From positions 165,540,001-165,604,000 of the forward strand of contig OZ024742.1 in NCBI GenBank assembly GCA_964016885.1: a stretch of 64,000 nucleotides of DNA, given 5' to 3'. This document shows positions 21,901 to 36,700 of the stretch, piece by piece; position 1 is the stretch's first letter, and every line of letters begins with the position of its first letter. Below the pieces are notes generated by a model, which had not been told where the DNA came from, did not search any database, and saw only the letters and a program-made list of their open reading frames with translations. Made by a program: the position numbers and the translations under genes. This DNA is from Eledone cirrhosa. Taxonomy: Eukaryota.

Positions 21901-24900
21901 TCTCCCCCTGATTTTTTTTTACAAATTATTTCCCCCTGATTTTTTTACAAATTATCTCCCCCCTGATTTTTTTTACAATCTCCGCCTGATTTTTTTAAAA
22001 ATTATCTTCCCTTGGCTGGCGGGAAATTATCTCCCCTTGGACGGCTGGAAATTATATCCCCTTGGAAGGATGGAAATTATCTCCCCTTGGACGGCTGGAA
22101 ATTATCTCCCCTTGGACGGCTGGAAATTATCTCCCCTTGGACAGCTGGAAATTATCTGTCCTTGATTTTGTTTTTACAAATTATCTCCCCCTGATTTTTT
22201 TTACAAATTATCTCCACCTGATTTTTTAAAAAATTATCTCCCCTTGGACGGCTGGAAATTATCTCCCCTTGATTTTTTTTACAAATTATCTCCCCCTGAT
22301 TTTTTTTTACAAATTATCTCCCCCTGATTTTTTTTTACAAATTATCTCCCCCTGATTTTTTTTTACAAATTATCTCACCCTGATTTTTTTTACAAATTAT
22401 CTCTCCCTGATTTTTTTACAAATTATCTCCCCTTGGCTGGCTGGAAATTATCTCCCCTTGGAGGCTGGAATTTATCTCCCCTTGGACGGCTAGAAATTAC
22501 CTCTCCTTGGACGGCTGGAAAATATGTCTCCTTGGACGGCTGGATATTATCTACCCGTGGACGGCTGGAAATTATCTCCCCTTGGACGGCTGGAAATTAT
22601 CTCCTCTTGGACGGCTAGATATTACCTCCCCTTGGACGGCTGGAAATTATCTCCCCTTGATTTTTTTACAAATTATCTCCCCCTGATTTTTTTACAAATT
22701 ATCTCCCCCTGATTTTTTTTACAAATTATCTCCGCCTAATTTTTTTAAATATTATCTTCCCTTGGCTGGCGGGAAATTATCTCCCCTTGGACGGCTGAAA
22801 ATTATCTCCCCTTGGACGGCTGGAAATTATCTCCCCTTGATTTTTTTTACAAATTATCTCCCCCTGATTTTTTTTTACAAATTATCTCCCCCTGATTTTT
22901 TTTACAAATTATCTCCCCCTGATTTTTTTACAAATTATCTCCCCTTGGCTGGCTGGAAATTATCTCCCCTTGGAGGCTGGAATTTATCTCCCCTTGGACG
23001 GCTAGAAATTACCTCTCCTTGGAAGGCTGGAAAATATGTCCTTGGACGGCTGGATATTATCTACCCTTGGACGGCTGGAAATTATCTCCCCTTGGACGGC
23101 TGGAAATTATCTCCCCTTGGACGGCTAGATATTACCTCCCCTTGGACGGCTGAAAATTATCTCCCCTTGGACGGCTGGAAATTATCTCCCCTTGATTTTT
23201 TTTACAAATTATCTCCCCCTGATTATTTTTTACAAATTATCCCCTGATTTTTTTTTTACAAATTATCTCCCCCTGATTTTTTTTACAAATTATCTCCCCC
23301 TGATTTTTTTACAAATTATCTCCCCTTGGCTGGCTGGAAATTATCTCCCATTGGAGGCTGGAATTTATCTCCCCTTGGACGGTTAGAAATTACCTCCCCT
23401 TGGACGGCTGGAAAATATGTCTCCTTGGACGGCTGGAAATTATCGCCCCTTGGATGGCTGGAAATTATCTCCCCTTGGACGGTTGGAAATTATCTCTCAT
23501 CGGACGGCTAGAAATTACCTCTCCTTGGACAGCTGAAAATTATCTCCCCTTGGACGGCTGGAAATTATCTCCCCTTGATTTTTTTTACAAATTATCTCCC
23601 CCTGATTTTTTTTTACAAATTATCTCCCCCTGATTTTTTTTTTACAAATTATCTCCCTCTGATTTTTTTTTACAAATTATCTCCCCCTGATATTTTTTAC
23701 AAATTATCTCCCCCTGATTTTTTTACAAATTATCTCCCCTTGGCTGGCTGGAAATTATCTCCCCTTGGAGGCTTGAATTTATCTCCCCTTGGACGGCTGG
23801 AAAATATGTCTCCTTGGACGGCTGGAAATTATCTCCCCTTGGACGGCTGGAAATTATCTCCCCTTGGACAGCTGGAAATTATCTCCCCTTGGACGGCTAG
23901 ATATTACCTCCCCTTGGACGGCTGGAAATTATCTCCCCTTGATTTTTTTTACAAATTATCTCCCCCTGATTTTTTTTTACAAATTATCTCCCCCTGATTT
24001 TTTTTTACGAATTATCTCCCCCCGATTTTTTTTTACAAATTATCTCCGCCTGATTTTTTTTTAAAAATTATCTCCCCTTGAACGGCTGGAAATTATCTCC
24101 CCTTGGACGGCTGGAAATTATCTCCCCTTGGACGGCTAGAAATTACCTCTCCTTGGACGGCTGAAAATTATCTCCCCTTGGACGGCTGCAAATTATCTCC
24201 CCTTGATTTTTTAACAAATTATCTCCCCCTGATTTTTTTTTACAAATTATCTCCCCCTGATTTTTTTTTACAAATTATCTCCCCCTGATTTTTTTTTACA
24301 AATTATCTCCCCCTGATTTTTTTTACAAATTATCTCCCCCTGATTTTTTTTACAATCTCCGCCTGATTTTTTAAAAAATTATCTTCCCTTGGCTGGCGGG
24401 AAATTATCTCCCCTTGGACGGCTGGAAATTATCTCCCCTTGGACGGCTGGAAATTATCTCCCCTTGGACAGCTGGAAATTATCTGCCCTTGATTTTGTTT
24501 TTACAAATTATCTCCCCCTGATTTTTTTTACAAATTATCTCCACCTGATTTTTTAAAAAATTATCTCCCCTTGGACGGCTGGAAATTATCTCCCCTTGAT
24601 TTTTTTACAAATTATCTCCCCCTGATTTTTTTTACAAATTATCTCCCCCTGATTTTATGTTACAAATTATCTCCCCCTGATTTATTTACAAATTATCTCC
24701 GCCTGATTTTTTTAAATATTATCTTCCCTTGGCTGGCGGGAAATTATCTCCCCTTGGACGGCTGGAAATTATCTCCCCTTGATTTTTTTTACAAATTATC
24801 TCCCCCTGATTTTTTTTTACAAATTATCTCCCCCTGATTTTTTTTTACAAATTATCTCCCCCTGATTTTTTTTTACAAATCTCCCCCTGATTTTTTTATA

Positions 24901-27900
24901 AATTATCTCCCCTTGGCTGGCTGGAAATTATCTCCCCTTGGAGGCTGGAATTTATCTCCCCTTGGACGGCTAGAAATTACCTCTCCTTGGATGGCTGGAA
25001 AATATGTCTCCTTGGACGGCTGGATATTATCTACCCTTGGACGGCTGGAAATTATCTCCCCTTGGACGGCTGGAAATTATCTCCCCTTGGACGGCTAGAT
25101 ATTACCTCCCATTGGACGGCTGGAAATTATCTCCCCTTGATTTTTTTTACAAATTATCTCCCCCTGATTTTTTTTTACGAATTATCTCCCCCTGATTTTT
25201 TTTTACAAATTATCTCCGCCTGATTTTTTTTTTAAAATTATCTCCCCTTGAACGGCTGGAAATTATCTCCCCTTGGACGGCTGGAAATTATCTCCCCTTG
25301 GACGGCTAGAAATTACCTCTCCTTGGACGGCTGAAAATTATCTCCCCTTGGACGGCTGCAAATTATCTCCCCTTGATTTTTTTAACAAATTATCTCCCCC
25401 TGATTTTTTTTTACAAATTATCTCCCCCTGATTTTTTTTTACAAATTATCTACGCCTAATTTTTTTTACAAATTATCTCCCCCTGATTTTTTTTTACAAA
25501 TTATCTCCCCCTGATTTTTTTTACAAATTATCTCCCCCTGATTTTTTTTACAAATTTTCTCCCCCTGATTTTTTTACAAATTATCTCCCCCCTGATTTTT
25601 TTTACAATCTCCGCCTGATTTTTTTAAAAATTATCTTCCCTTGGCTGGCGGGAAATTATCTCCCCTTGGACGGCTGGAAATTATATCCCCTTGGAAGGAT
25701 GGAAATTATCTCCCCTTGGACGGCTGGAAATTATCTCCCCTTGGACGGCTGGAAATTACCTCCCCTTGGACAGCTGGAAATTATCTGCCCTTGATTTTGT
25801 TTTTACAAATTATCTCCCCCTGATTTTTTTTACAAATTATCTCCACCTGATTTTTTAAAAAATTATCTCCCCTTGGACGGCTGGAAATTATCTCCCCTTG
25901 GACGGCTGGAAATTATCTCCCCTTGATTTTTTTTACAAATTATCTCCCCCTGATTTTTTTTTACAAATTATCTCCCCCTGATTTTTTTTACAAATTATCT
26001 CCCCCTGATTTTTTTTTACAAATTATTTCCCCCTGATTTTTTTACAAATTATCTCCCCCCTGATTTTTTTTACAATCTCCGCCTGATTTTTTTAAAAATT
26101 ATCTTCCCTTGGCTGGCGGGAAATTATCTCCCCTTGGACGGCTGGAAATTATATCCCCTTGGAAGGATGGAAATTATCTCCCCTTGGACGGCTGGAAATT
26201 ATCTCCCCTTGGACGGCTGGAAATTATCTCCCCTTGGACAGCTGGAAATTATCTGCCCTTGATTTTGTTTTTACAAATTATCTCCCCCTGATTTTTTTTA
26301 CAAATTATCTCCACCTGATTTTTTAAAAAATTATCTCCCCTTGGACGGCTGGAAATTATCTCCCCTTGGAGGCTGGAATTTATCTCCCCTTGGACGGCTA
26401 GAAATTACCTCGCCTTGGACGGCTGGAAAATATGTCTCCTTGGACGGCTGGAAATTATCTCCCCTTGGACGGCTGGAAATTATCTCCCCTTGGACAGCTG
26501 GAAATTATCTCCCCTTGGACGGCTAGATATTACCTCCCCTTGGACGGCTGGAAATTATCTCCCCTTGATTTTTTTTACAAATTATCTCCCCCTGATTTTT
26601 TTTTACAAATTATCTCCCCCTGATTTTTTTTTACGAATTATCTCCCCCCGATTTTTTTTTACAAATTATCTCCGCCTGATTTTTTTTTAAAAATTATCTC
26701 CCCTTGAACGGCTGGAAATTATCTCCCCTTGGACGGCTGGAAATTATCTCCCCTTGGACGGCTAGAAATTACCTCTCCTTGGACGGCTGAAAATTATCTC
26801 CCCTTGGACGGCTGCAAATTATCTCCCCTTGATTTTTTAACAAATTATCTCCCCCTGATTTTTTTTTACAAATTATCTCCCCCTGATTTTTTTTTACAAA
26901 TTATCTCCCCCTGATTTTTTTTTACAAATTATCTCCCCCTGATTTTTTTACAAATTATCTCCCCCTGATTTTTTTTACAATCTCCGCCTGATTTTTTAAA
27001 AAATTATCTTCCCTTGGCTGGCGGGAAATTATCTCCCCTTGGACGGCTGGAAATTATCTCCCCTTGGACGGCTGGAAATTATCTCCCCTTGGACAGCTGG
27101 AAATTATCTGCCCTTGATTTTGTTTTTACAAATTATCTCCCCCTGATTTTTTTTACAAATTATCTCCACCTGATTTTTTAAAAAATGATCTCCCCTTGGA
27201 CGGCTTGAAATTATCTCCCCTTGATTTTTTTACAAATTATCTCCCCCTGATTTTTTTTACAAATTATCTCCCCCTGATTTTATGTTACAAATTATCTCCC
27301 CCTGATTTTTTTACAAATTATCTCCCCCTGATTTTTTTTACAAATTATCTCCGCCTGATTTTTTTAAATATTATCTTCCCTTGGCTGGCGGGAAATTATC
27401 TCCCCTTGGACGGCTGGAAATTATCTCCCCTTGATTTTTTTTACAAATTATCTCCCCCTGATTTTTTTTTAGAAATTATCTCCCCCTGATTTTTTTTTAC
27501 AAATTATCTCCCCCTGATTTTTTTTTACAAATTATCTCCCCCTGATTTTTTTTTACAAATCTCCCCCTGATTTTTTTATAAATTATCTCCCCTTGGCTGG
27601 CTGGAAATTATCTCCCCTTGGAGGCTGGAATTTATCTCCCCTTGGACGGCTAGAAATTACCTCTCCTTGGATGGCTGGAAAATATGTCTCCTTGGACGGC
27701 TGGATATTATCTACCCTTGGACGGCTGGAAATTATCTCCCCTTGGACGGCTGGAAATTATCTCCCCTTGGACGGCTAGATATTACCTCCCATTGGACGGC
27801 TGGAAATTATCTCCCCTTGATTTTTTTTACAAATTATCTCCCCCTGATTTTTTTTTACGAATTATCTCCCCCTGATTTTTTTTTACAAATTATCTCCGCC

Positions 27901-30900
27901 TGATTTTTTTTTTAAAATTATCTCCCCTTGAACGGCTGGAAATTATCTCCCCTTGGACGGCTGGAAATTATCTCCCCTTGGACGGCTAGAAATTACCTCT
28001 CCTTGGACGGCTGAAAATTATCTCCCCTTGGACGGCTGCAAATTATCTCCCCTTGATTTTTTTAACAAATTATCTCCCCCTGATTTTTTTTTACAAATTA
28101 TCTCCCCCTGATTTTTTTTACAAATTATCTACGCCTAATTTTTTTTACAAATTATCTCCCCCTGATTTTTTTTTACAAATTATCTCCCCCTGATTTTTTT
28201 TACAAATTATCTCCCCTTGGCTGGCTGGAAATTATCTCCCCTTGGAGGCTGGAATTTATCTCCCCTTGGACGGTTAGAAATTACCTCTCCTTGGACTGCT
28301 GGAAAATATGTCTCCTTGGACGGCTGGAAATTATCTCCCCTTGGACGGCTGGAAATTATCTCCCCTTGGACGGCTGGAAATTATCTCTCCTCGGACGACT
28401 AGAAATTACCTCTCCTTGGACAGCTGAAAATTATCTCCCCTTGGACGGCTGGAAATTATCTCCCCTTGATTTTTTTTACAAATTATCTCCCCCTGATTTA
28501 TTTTACAAATTATCTCCCCCTGATTTTTTTTTACAAATTATCTCCCCCTGATTTTTTTTACAAATTATCTCCCCCTGATATTTTTTACAAATTATCTCCC
28601 CCTGATTTTTTTACAAATTATCTCCCCTTGGCTGGCTGGAAATTATCTACCCTTGGAGGCTGGAATTTATCTCCCCTTGGACGGCTAGAAATTACCTCGC
28701 CTTGGACGGCTGGAAAATATGTCTCCTTGGACGGCTGGAAATTATCTCCCCTTGGACGGCTGGAAATTATCTCCCCTTGGACGGCTGGAAATTATCTCCC
28801 CTTGGACGGCTAGATATTACCTCCCCTTGGACGGCTGGAAATTATCTCCCCTTGATTTTTTTTACAAATTATCTCCCCCTGATTTTTTTTTACAAATTAT
28901 CTCCCCCTGATTTTTTTTTACGAAGTATCTCCCCCTGATTTTTTTTTACAAATTATCTCCGCCTGATTTTTTTTTAAAAATTATCTCCCCTTGAACGGCT
29001 GGAAATTATCTCCCCTTGGACGGCTGGAAATTATCTCCCCTTGGACGGCTAGAAATTACCTCTCCTTGGACGGCTGAAAATTATCTCCCATTGGACGGCT
29101 GCAAATTATCTCCCCTTGATTTTTTAACAAATTATCTCCCCCTGATTTTTTTTTACAAATTATCTCCCCCTGATTTTTTTTTACAAATTATCTACGCCTA
29201 ATTTTTTTTACAAATTATCTCCCCCTGATTTTTTTTACAAATTATCTCCCCCTGATTTTTTTTACAAATTATCTCCCCCTGATTTTTTTTTACAAATTAT
29301 TTCCCCCTGATTTTTTTACAAATTATCTCCCCCCTGATTTTTTTTACAATCTCCGCCTGATTTTTTTAAAAATTATCTTCCCTTGGCTGGCGGGAAATTA
29401 TCTCCCCTTGGACGGCTGGAAATTATATCCCCTTGGAAGGATGGAAATTATCTCCCCTTGGACGGCTGGAAATTATCTCCCCTTGGACGGCTGGAAATTA
29501 TCTCCCCTTGGACAGCTGGAAATTATCTGTCCTTGATTTTGTTTTTACAAATTATCTCCCCCTGATTTTTTTTACAAATTATCTCCACCTGATTTTTTAA
29601 AAAATTATCTCCCCTTGGACGGCTGGAAATTATCTCCCCTTGATTTTTTTTACAAATTATCTCCCCCTGATTTTTTTTTACAAATTATCTCCCCCTGATT
29701 TTTTTTTACAAATTATCTCCCCCTGATTTTTTTTTACAAATTATCTCACCCTGATTTTTTTTACAAATTATCTCTCCCTGATTTTTTTACAAATTATCTC
29801 CCCTTGGCTGGCTGGAAATTATCTCCCCTTGGAGGCTGGAATTTATCTCCCCTTGGACGGCTAGAAATTACCTCTCCTTGGACGGCTGGAAAATATGTCT
29901 CCTTGGACGGCTGGATATTATCTACCCGTGGACGGCTGGAAATTATCTCCCCTTGGACGGCTGGAAATTATCTCCTCTTGGACGGCTAGATATTACCTCC
30001 CCTTGGACGGCTGGAAATTATCTCCCCTTGATTTTTTTACAAATTATCTCCCCCTGATTTTTTTACAAATTATCTCCCCCTGATTTTTTTTACAAATTAT
30101 CTCCGCCTAATTTTTTTAAATATTATCTTCCCTTGGCTGGCGGGAAATTATCTCCCCTTGGACGGCTGAAAATTATCTCCCCTTGGACGGCTGGAAATTA
30201 TCTCCCCTTGATTTTTTTTACAAATTATCTCCCCCTGATTTTTTTTTACAAATTATCTCCCCCTGATTTTTTTTACAAATTATCTCCCCCTGATTTTTTT
30301 ACAAATTATCTCCCCTTGGCTGGCTGGAAATTATCTCCCCTTGGAGGCTGGAATTTATCTCCCCTTGGACGGCTAGAAATTACCTCTCCTTGGAAGGCTG
30401 GAAAATATGTCCTTGGACGGCTGGATATTATCTACCCTTGGACGGCTGGAAATTATCTCCCCTTGGACGGCTGGAAATTATCTCCCCTTGGACGGCTAGA
30501 TATTACCTCCCCTTGGACGGCTGAAAATTATCTCCCCTTGGACGGCTGGAAATTATCTCCCCTTGATTTTTTTTACAAATTATCTCCCCCTGATTATTTT
30601 TTACAAATTATCCCCTGATTTTTTTTTTACAAATTATCTCCCCCTGATTTTTTTTACAAATTATCTCCCCCTGATTTTTTTACAAATTATCTCCCCTTGG
30701 CTGGCTGGAAATTATCTCCCATTGGAGGCTGGAATTTATCTCCCCTTGGACGGTTAGAAATTACCTCCCCTTGGACGGCTGGAAAATATGTCTCCTTGGA
30801 CGGCTGGAAATTATCGCCCCTTGGATGGCTGGAAATTATCTCCCCTTGGACGGTTGGAAATTATCTCTCATCGGACGGCTAGAAATTACCTCTCCTTGGA

Positions 30901-33735
30901 CAGCTGAAAATTATCTCCCCTTGGACGGCTGGAAATTATCTCCCCTTGATTTTTTTTACAAATTATCTCCCCCTGATTTTTTTTTACAAATTATCTCCCC
31001 CTGATTTTTTTTTTACAAATTATTAGCCCCTGATTTTTTTTTACAAATTATCTCCCCCTGATATTTTTTACAAATTATCTCCCCCTGATTTTTTTACAAA
31101 TTATCTCCCCTTGGCTGGCTGGAAATTATCTCCCCTTGGAGGCTTGAATTTATCTCCCCTTGGACGGCTGGAAAATATGTCTCCTTGGACGGCTGGAAAT
31201 TATCTCCCCTTGGACGGCTGGAAATTATCTCCCCTTGGACAGCTGGAAATTATCTCCCCTTGGACGGCTAGATATTACCTCCCCTTGGACGGCTGGAAAT
31301 TATCTCCCCTTGATTTTTTTTACAAATTATCTCCCCCTGATTTTTTTTTACAAATTATCTCCCCCTGATTTTTTTTTACGAATTATCTCCCCCCGATTTT
31401 TTTTTACAAATTATCTCCGCCTGATTTTTTTTTAAAAATTATCTCCCCTTGAACGGCTGGAAATTATCTCCCCTTGGACGGCTGGAAATTATCTCCCCTT
31501 GGACGGCTAGAAATTACCTCTCCTTGGACGGCTGAAAATTATCTCCCCTTGGACGGCTGCAAATTATCTCCCCTTGATTTTTTAACAAATTATCTCCCCC
31601 TGATTTTTTTTTACAAATTATCTCCCCCTGATTTTTTTTTACAAATTATCTCCCCCTGATTTTTTTTTACAAATTATCTCCCCCTGATTTTTTTTACAAA
31701 TTATCTCCCCCTGATTTTTTTTACAATCTCCGCCTGATTTTTTAAAAAATTATCTTCCCTTGGCTGGCGGGAAATTATCTCCCCTTGGACGGCTGGAAAT
31801 TATCTCCCCTTGGACGGCTGGAAATTATCTCCCCTTGGACAGCTGGAAATTATCTGCCCTTGATTTTGTTTTTACAAATTATCTCCCCCTGATTTTTTTT
31901 ACAAATTATCTCCACCTGATTTTTTAAAAAATTATCTCCCCTTGGACGGCTGGAAATTATCTCCCCTTGATTTTTTTACAAATTATCTCCCCCTGATTTT
32001 TTTTACAAATTATCTCCCCCTGATTTTATGTTACAAATTATCTCCCCCTGATTTATTTACAAATTATCTCCGCCTGATTTTTTTAAATATTATCTTCCCT
32101 TGGCTGGCGGGAAATTATCTCCCCTTGGACGGCTGGAAATTATCTCCCCTTGATTTTTTTTACAAATTATCTCCCCCTGATTTTTTTTTACAAATTATCT
32201 CCCCCTGATTTTTTTTTACAAATTATCTCCCCCTGATTTTTTTTTACAAATCTCCCCCTGATTTTTTTATAAATTATCTCCCCTTGGCTGGCTGGAAATT
32301 ATCTCCCCTTGGAGGCTGGAATTTATCTCCCCTTGGACGGCTAGAAATTACCTCTCCTTGGATGGCTGGAAAATATGTCTCCTTGGACGGCTGGATATTA
32401 TCTACCCTTGGACGGCTGGAAATTATCTCCCCTTGGACGGCTGGAAATTATCTCCCCTTGGACGGCTAGATATTACCTCCCATTGGACGGCTGGAAATTA
32501 TCTCCCCTTGATTTTTTTTACAAATTATCTCCCCCTGATTTTTTTTTACGAATTATCTCCCCCTGATTTTTTTTTACAAATTATCTCCGCCTGATTTTTT
32601 TTTTAAAATTATCTCCCCTTGAACGGCTGGAATTTATCTCCCCTTGGACGGCTGGAAATTATCTCCCCTTGGACGGCTAGAAATTACCTCTCCTTGGACG
32701 GCTGAAAATTATCTCCCCTTGGACGGCTGCAAATTATCTCCCCTTGATTTTTTTAACAAATTATCTCCCCCTGATTTTTTTTTACAAATTATCTCCCCCT
32801 GATTTTTTTTTACAAATTATCTACGCCTAATTTTTTTTACAAATTATCTCCCCCTGATTTTTTTTTACAAATTATCTCCCCCTGATTTTTTTTACAAATT
32901 ATCTCCCCCTGATTTTTTTTACAAATTATCTCCCCCTGATTTTTTTACAAATTATCTCCCCCCTGATTTTTTTTACAATCTCCGCCTGATTTTTTTAAAA
33001 ATTATCTTCCCTTGGCTGGCGGGAAATTATCTCCCCTTGGACGGCTGGAAATTATATCCCCTTGGAAGGATGGAAATTATCTCCCCTTGGACGGCTGGAA
33101 ATTATCTCCCCTTGGACGGCTGGAAATTACCTCCCCTTGGACAGCTGGAAATTATCTGCCCTTGATTTTGTTTTTACAAATTATCTCCCCCTGATTTTTT
33201 TTACAAATTATCTCCACCTGATTTTTTAAAAAATTATCTCCCCTTGGACGGCTGGAAATTATCTCCCCTTGGACGGCTGGAAATTATCTCCCCTTGATTT
33301 TTTTTACAAATTATCTCCCCCTGATTTTTTTTTACAAATTATCTCCCCCTGATTTTTTTTACAAATTATCTCCCCCTGATTTTTTTTTACAAATTATTTC
33401 CCCCTGATTTTTTTACAAATTATCTCCCCCCTGATTTTTTTTACAATCTCCGCCTGATTTTTTTAAAAATTATCTTCCCTTGGCTGGCGGGAAATTATCT
33501 CCCCTTGGACGGCTGGAAATTATATCCCCTTGGAAGGATGGAAATTATCTCCCCTTGGACGGCTGGAAATTATCTCCCCTTGGACGGCTGGAAATTATCT
33601 CCCCTTGGACAGCTGGAAATTATCTGCCCTTGATTTTGTTTTTACAAATTATCTCCCCCTGATTTTTTTTACAAATTATCTCCACCTGATTTTTTAAAAA
33701 ATTATCTCCCCTTGGACGGCTGGAAATTATCTCCC
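18980..33735 (+). repeat. Tandem higher-order duplication, two copies of 7,371 bp (~18980-26350 and ~26351-33721)
   Basis: Every paired landmark checked from 19044/26415 to 26109/33480 differs by exactly 7,371. The private variant GGTTGGAAA is at 23481 and 30852. Only a handful of substitutions are visible (e.g. ~27186, ~27206, ~27472, ~31025). Confidence 0.95.
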
Positions 33736-36700
33736 CTTGATTTTTTTTACAAATTATCTCCCCCTGATTTTTTTTTACAAATTATCTCCCCCTGATTTTT
33801 TTTTACAAATTATCTCCCCCTGATTTTTTTTTACAAATTATCTCACCCTGATTTTTTTTACAAATTATCTCTCCCTGATTTTTTTACAAATTATCTCCCC
33901 TTGGCTGGCTGGAAATTATCTCCCCTTGGACGGCTGGAAATTATCTCCTCTTGGACGGCTAGATATTACCTCCCCTTGGACGGCTGGAAATTATCTCCCC
34001 TTGATTTTTTTACAAATTATCTCCCCCTGATTTTTTTACAAATTATCTCCCCCTGATTTTTTTTACAAATTATCTCCGCCTAATTTTTTTAAATATTATC
34101 TTCCCTTGGCTGGCGGGAAATTATCTCCCCTTGGACGGCTGAAAATTATCTCCCCTTGGACGGCTGGAAATTATCTCCCCTTGATTTTTTTTACAAATTA
34201 TCTCCCCCTGATTTTTTTTTACAAATTATCTCCCCCTGATTTTTTTTACAAATTATCTCCCCCTGATTTTTTTACAAATTATCTCCCCTTGGCTGGCTGG
34301 AAATTATCTCCCATTGGAGGCTGGAATTTATCTCCCCTTGGACGGTTAGAAATTACCTCCCCTTGGACGGCTGGAAAATATGTCTCCTTGGACGGCTGGA
34401 AATTATCGCCCCTTGGACGGCTGGAAATTATCTCCCCTTGGACGGCTGGAAATTATCTCTCATCGGACGGCTAGAAATTACCTCTCCTTGGACAGCTGAA
34501 AATTATCTCCCCTTGGACGGCTGGAAATTATCTCCCCTTGATTTTTTTTACAAATTATCTCCCCCTGATTTTTTTTTACAAATTATCTCCCCCTGATTTT
34601 TTTTTACAAATTATCTCCCCCTGATTTTTTTTTACAAATTATCTCCCCCTGATATTTTTTACAAATTATCTCCCCCTGATTTTTTTACAAATTATCTCCC
34701 CTTGGCTGGCTGGAAATTATCTCCCCTTGGAGGCTGGAATTTATCTCCCCTTGGACGGCTAGAAATTACCTCGCCTTGGACGGCTGGAAAATATGTCTCC
34801 TTGGACGGCTGGAAATTATCTCCCCTTGGACGGCTGGAAATTATCTCCCCTTGGACAGCTGGAAATTATCTCCCCTTGGACGGCTAGATATTACCTCCCC
34901 TTGGACGGCTGGAAATTATCTCCCCTTGATTTTTTTTACAAATTATCTCCCCCTGATTTTTTTTTACAAATTATCTCCCCCTGATTTTTTTTTACGAATT
35001 ATCTCCCCCCGATTTTTTTTTACAAATTATCTCCCCCTGATTTTTTTTTACAAATTATCTACGCCTAATTTTTTTTACAAATTATCTCCCCCTGATTTTT
35101 TTTACAAATTATCTCCCCCTGATTTTTTTTACAAATTATCTCCCCCTGATTTTTTTTTACAAATTATTTCCCCCTGATTTTTTTACAAATTATCTCCCCC
35201 CTGATTTTTTTAAAAATTATCTTCCCTTGGCTGGCGGGAAATTATCTCCCCTTGGACGGCTGGAAATTATATCCCCTTGGAGGCTGGAATTTATCTCCCC
35301 TTGGACGGCTAGAAATTACCTCGCCTTGGACGGCTGGAAAATATGTCTCCTTGGACGGCTGGAAATTATCTCCCCTTGGACGGCTGGAAATTATCTCCCC
35401 TTGGACGGCTGGAAATTATCTCCCCTTGGACGGCTAGATATTACCTCCCCTTGGACGGCTGGAAATTATCTCCCCTTGATTTTTTTTACAAATTATCTCC
35501 CCCTGATTTTTTTTTACAAATTATCTCCCCCTGATTTTTTTTTACGAATTATCTCCCCCTGATTTTTTTTTACAAATTATCTCCCCTTGAACGGCTGGAA
35601 ATTATCTCCCCTTGGACGGCTGGAAATTATCTCCCCTTGAAAGGCTAGAAATTACCTCTCCTTGGACGGCTGAAAATTATCTCCCCTTGGACGGCTGCAA
35701 ATTATCTCCCCTTGATTTTTTAACAAATTACCTCGCCTTGGACGGCTGGAAAATATGTCTCCTTGGACGGCTGGAAATTATCTCCCCTTGGACGGCTGGA
35801 AATTATCTCCCCTTGGACGGCTGGAAATTATCTCCCATTGGACGGCTAGATATTACCTCCCCTTGGACGGCTGCAAATTATCTCCCCTTGATTTTTTTAA
35901 CAAATTATCTCCCCCTGATTTTTTTTTACAAATTATCTCCCCCTGATTTTTTTTTACAAATTATCTACGCCTAATTTTTTTTACAAATTATCTCCCCCTG
36001 ATTTTTTTTTACAAATTATCTCCCCCTGATTTTTTTTACAATCTCCGCCTGATTTTTTTAAAAATTATCTTCCCTTGGCTGGCGGGAAATTATCTCCCCT
36101 TGGACGGCTGGAAATTATATCCCCTTGGAAAGATGGAAATTATCTCCCCTTGGACGGCTGGAAATTATCTCCCCTTGGACGGCTGGAAATTATCTCCCCT
36201 TGGACAGCTGGAAATTATCTGCCCTTGATTTTGTTTTTACAAATTATCTCCCCCTGATTTTTTTTACAAATTATCTCCACCTGATTTTTTAAAAAATTAT
36301 CTCCCCTTGGACGGCTGGAAATTATCTCCCCTTGATTTTTTTACAAATTATCTCCCCCTGATTTTTTTTACAAATTATCTCCCCCTGATTTTTTTTTTAC
36401 AAATTATCTCCCCCTGATTTTTTTACAAATTATCTCCCCCTGATTTTTTTTACAAATTATCTCCGCCTGATTTTTTTAAATATTATCTTCCCTTGGCTGG
36501 CGGGAAATTATCTCCCCTTGGACGGCTGAAAATTATCTCCCCTTGGACGGCTGGAAATTATCTCCCCTTGATTTTTTTTACAAATTATCTCCCCCTGATT
36601 TTTTTTACAAATTATCTCCCCCTGATTTTTTTTTACAAATTATCTCCCCCTGATTTTTTTTTACAAATTATCTGCCCCTGATTTTTTTTACAAATTATCT

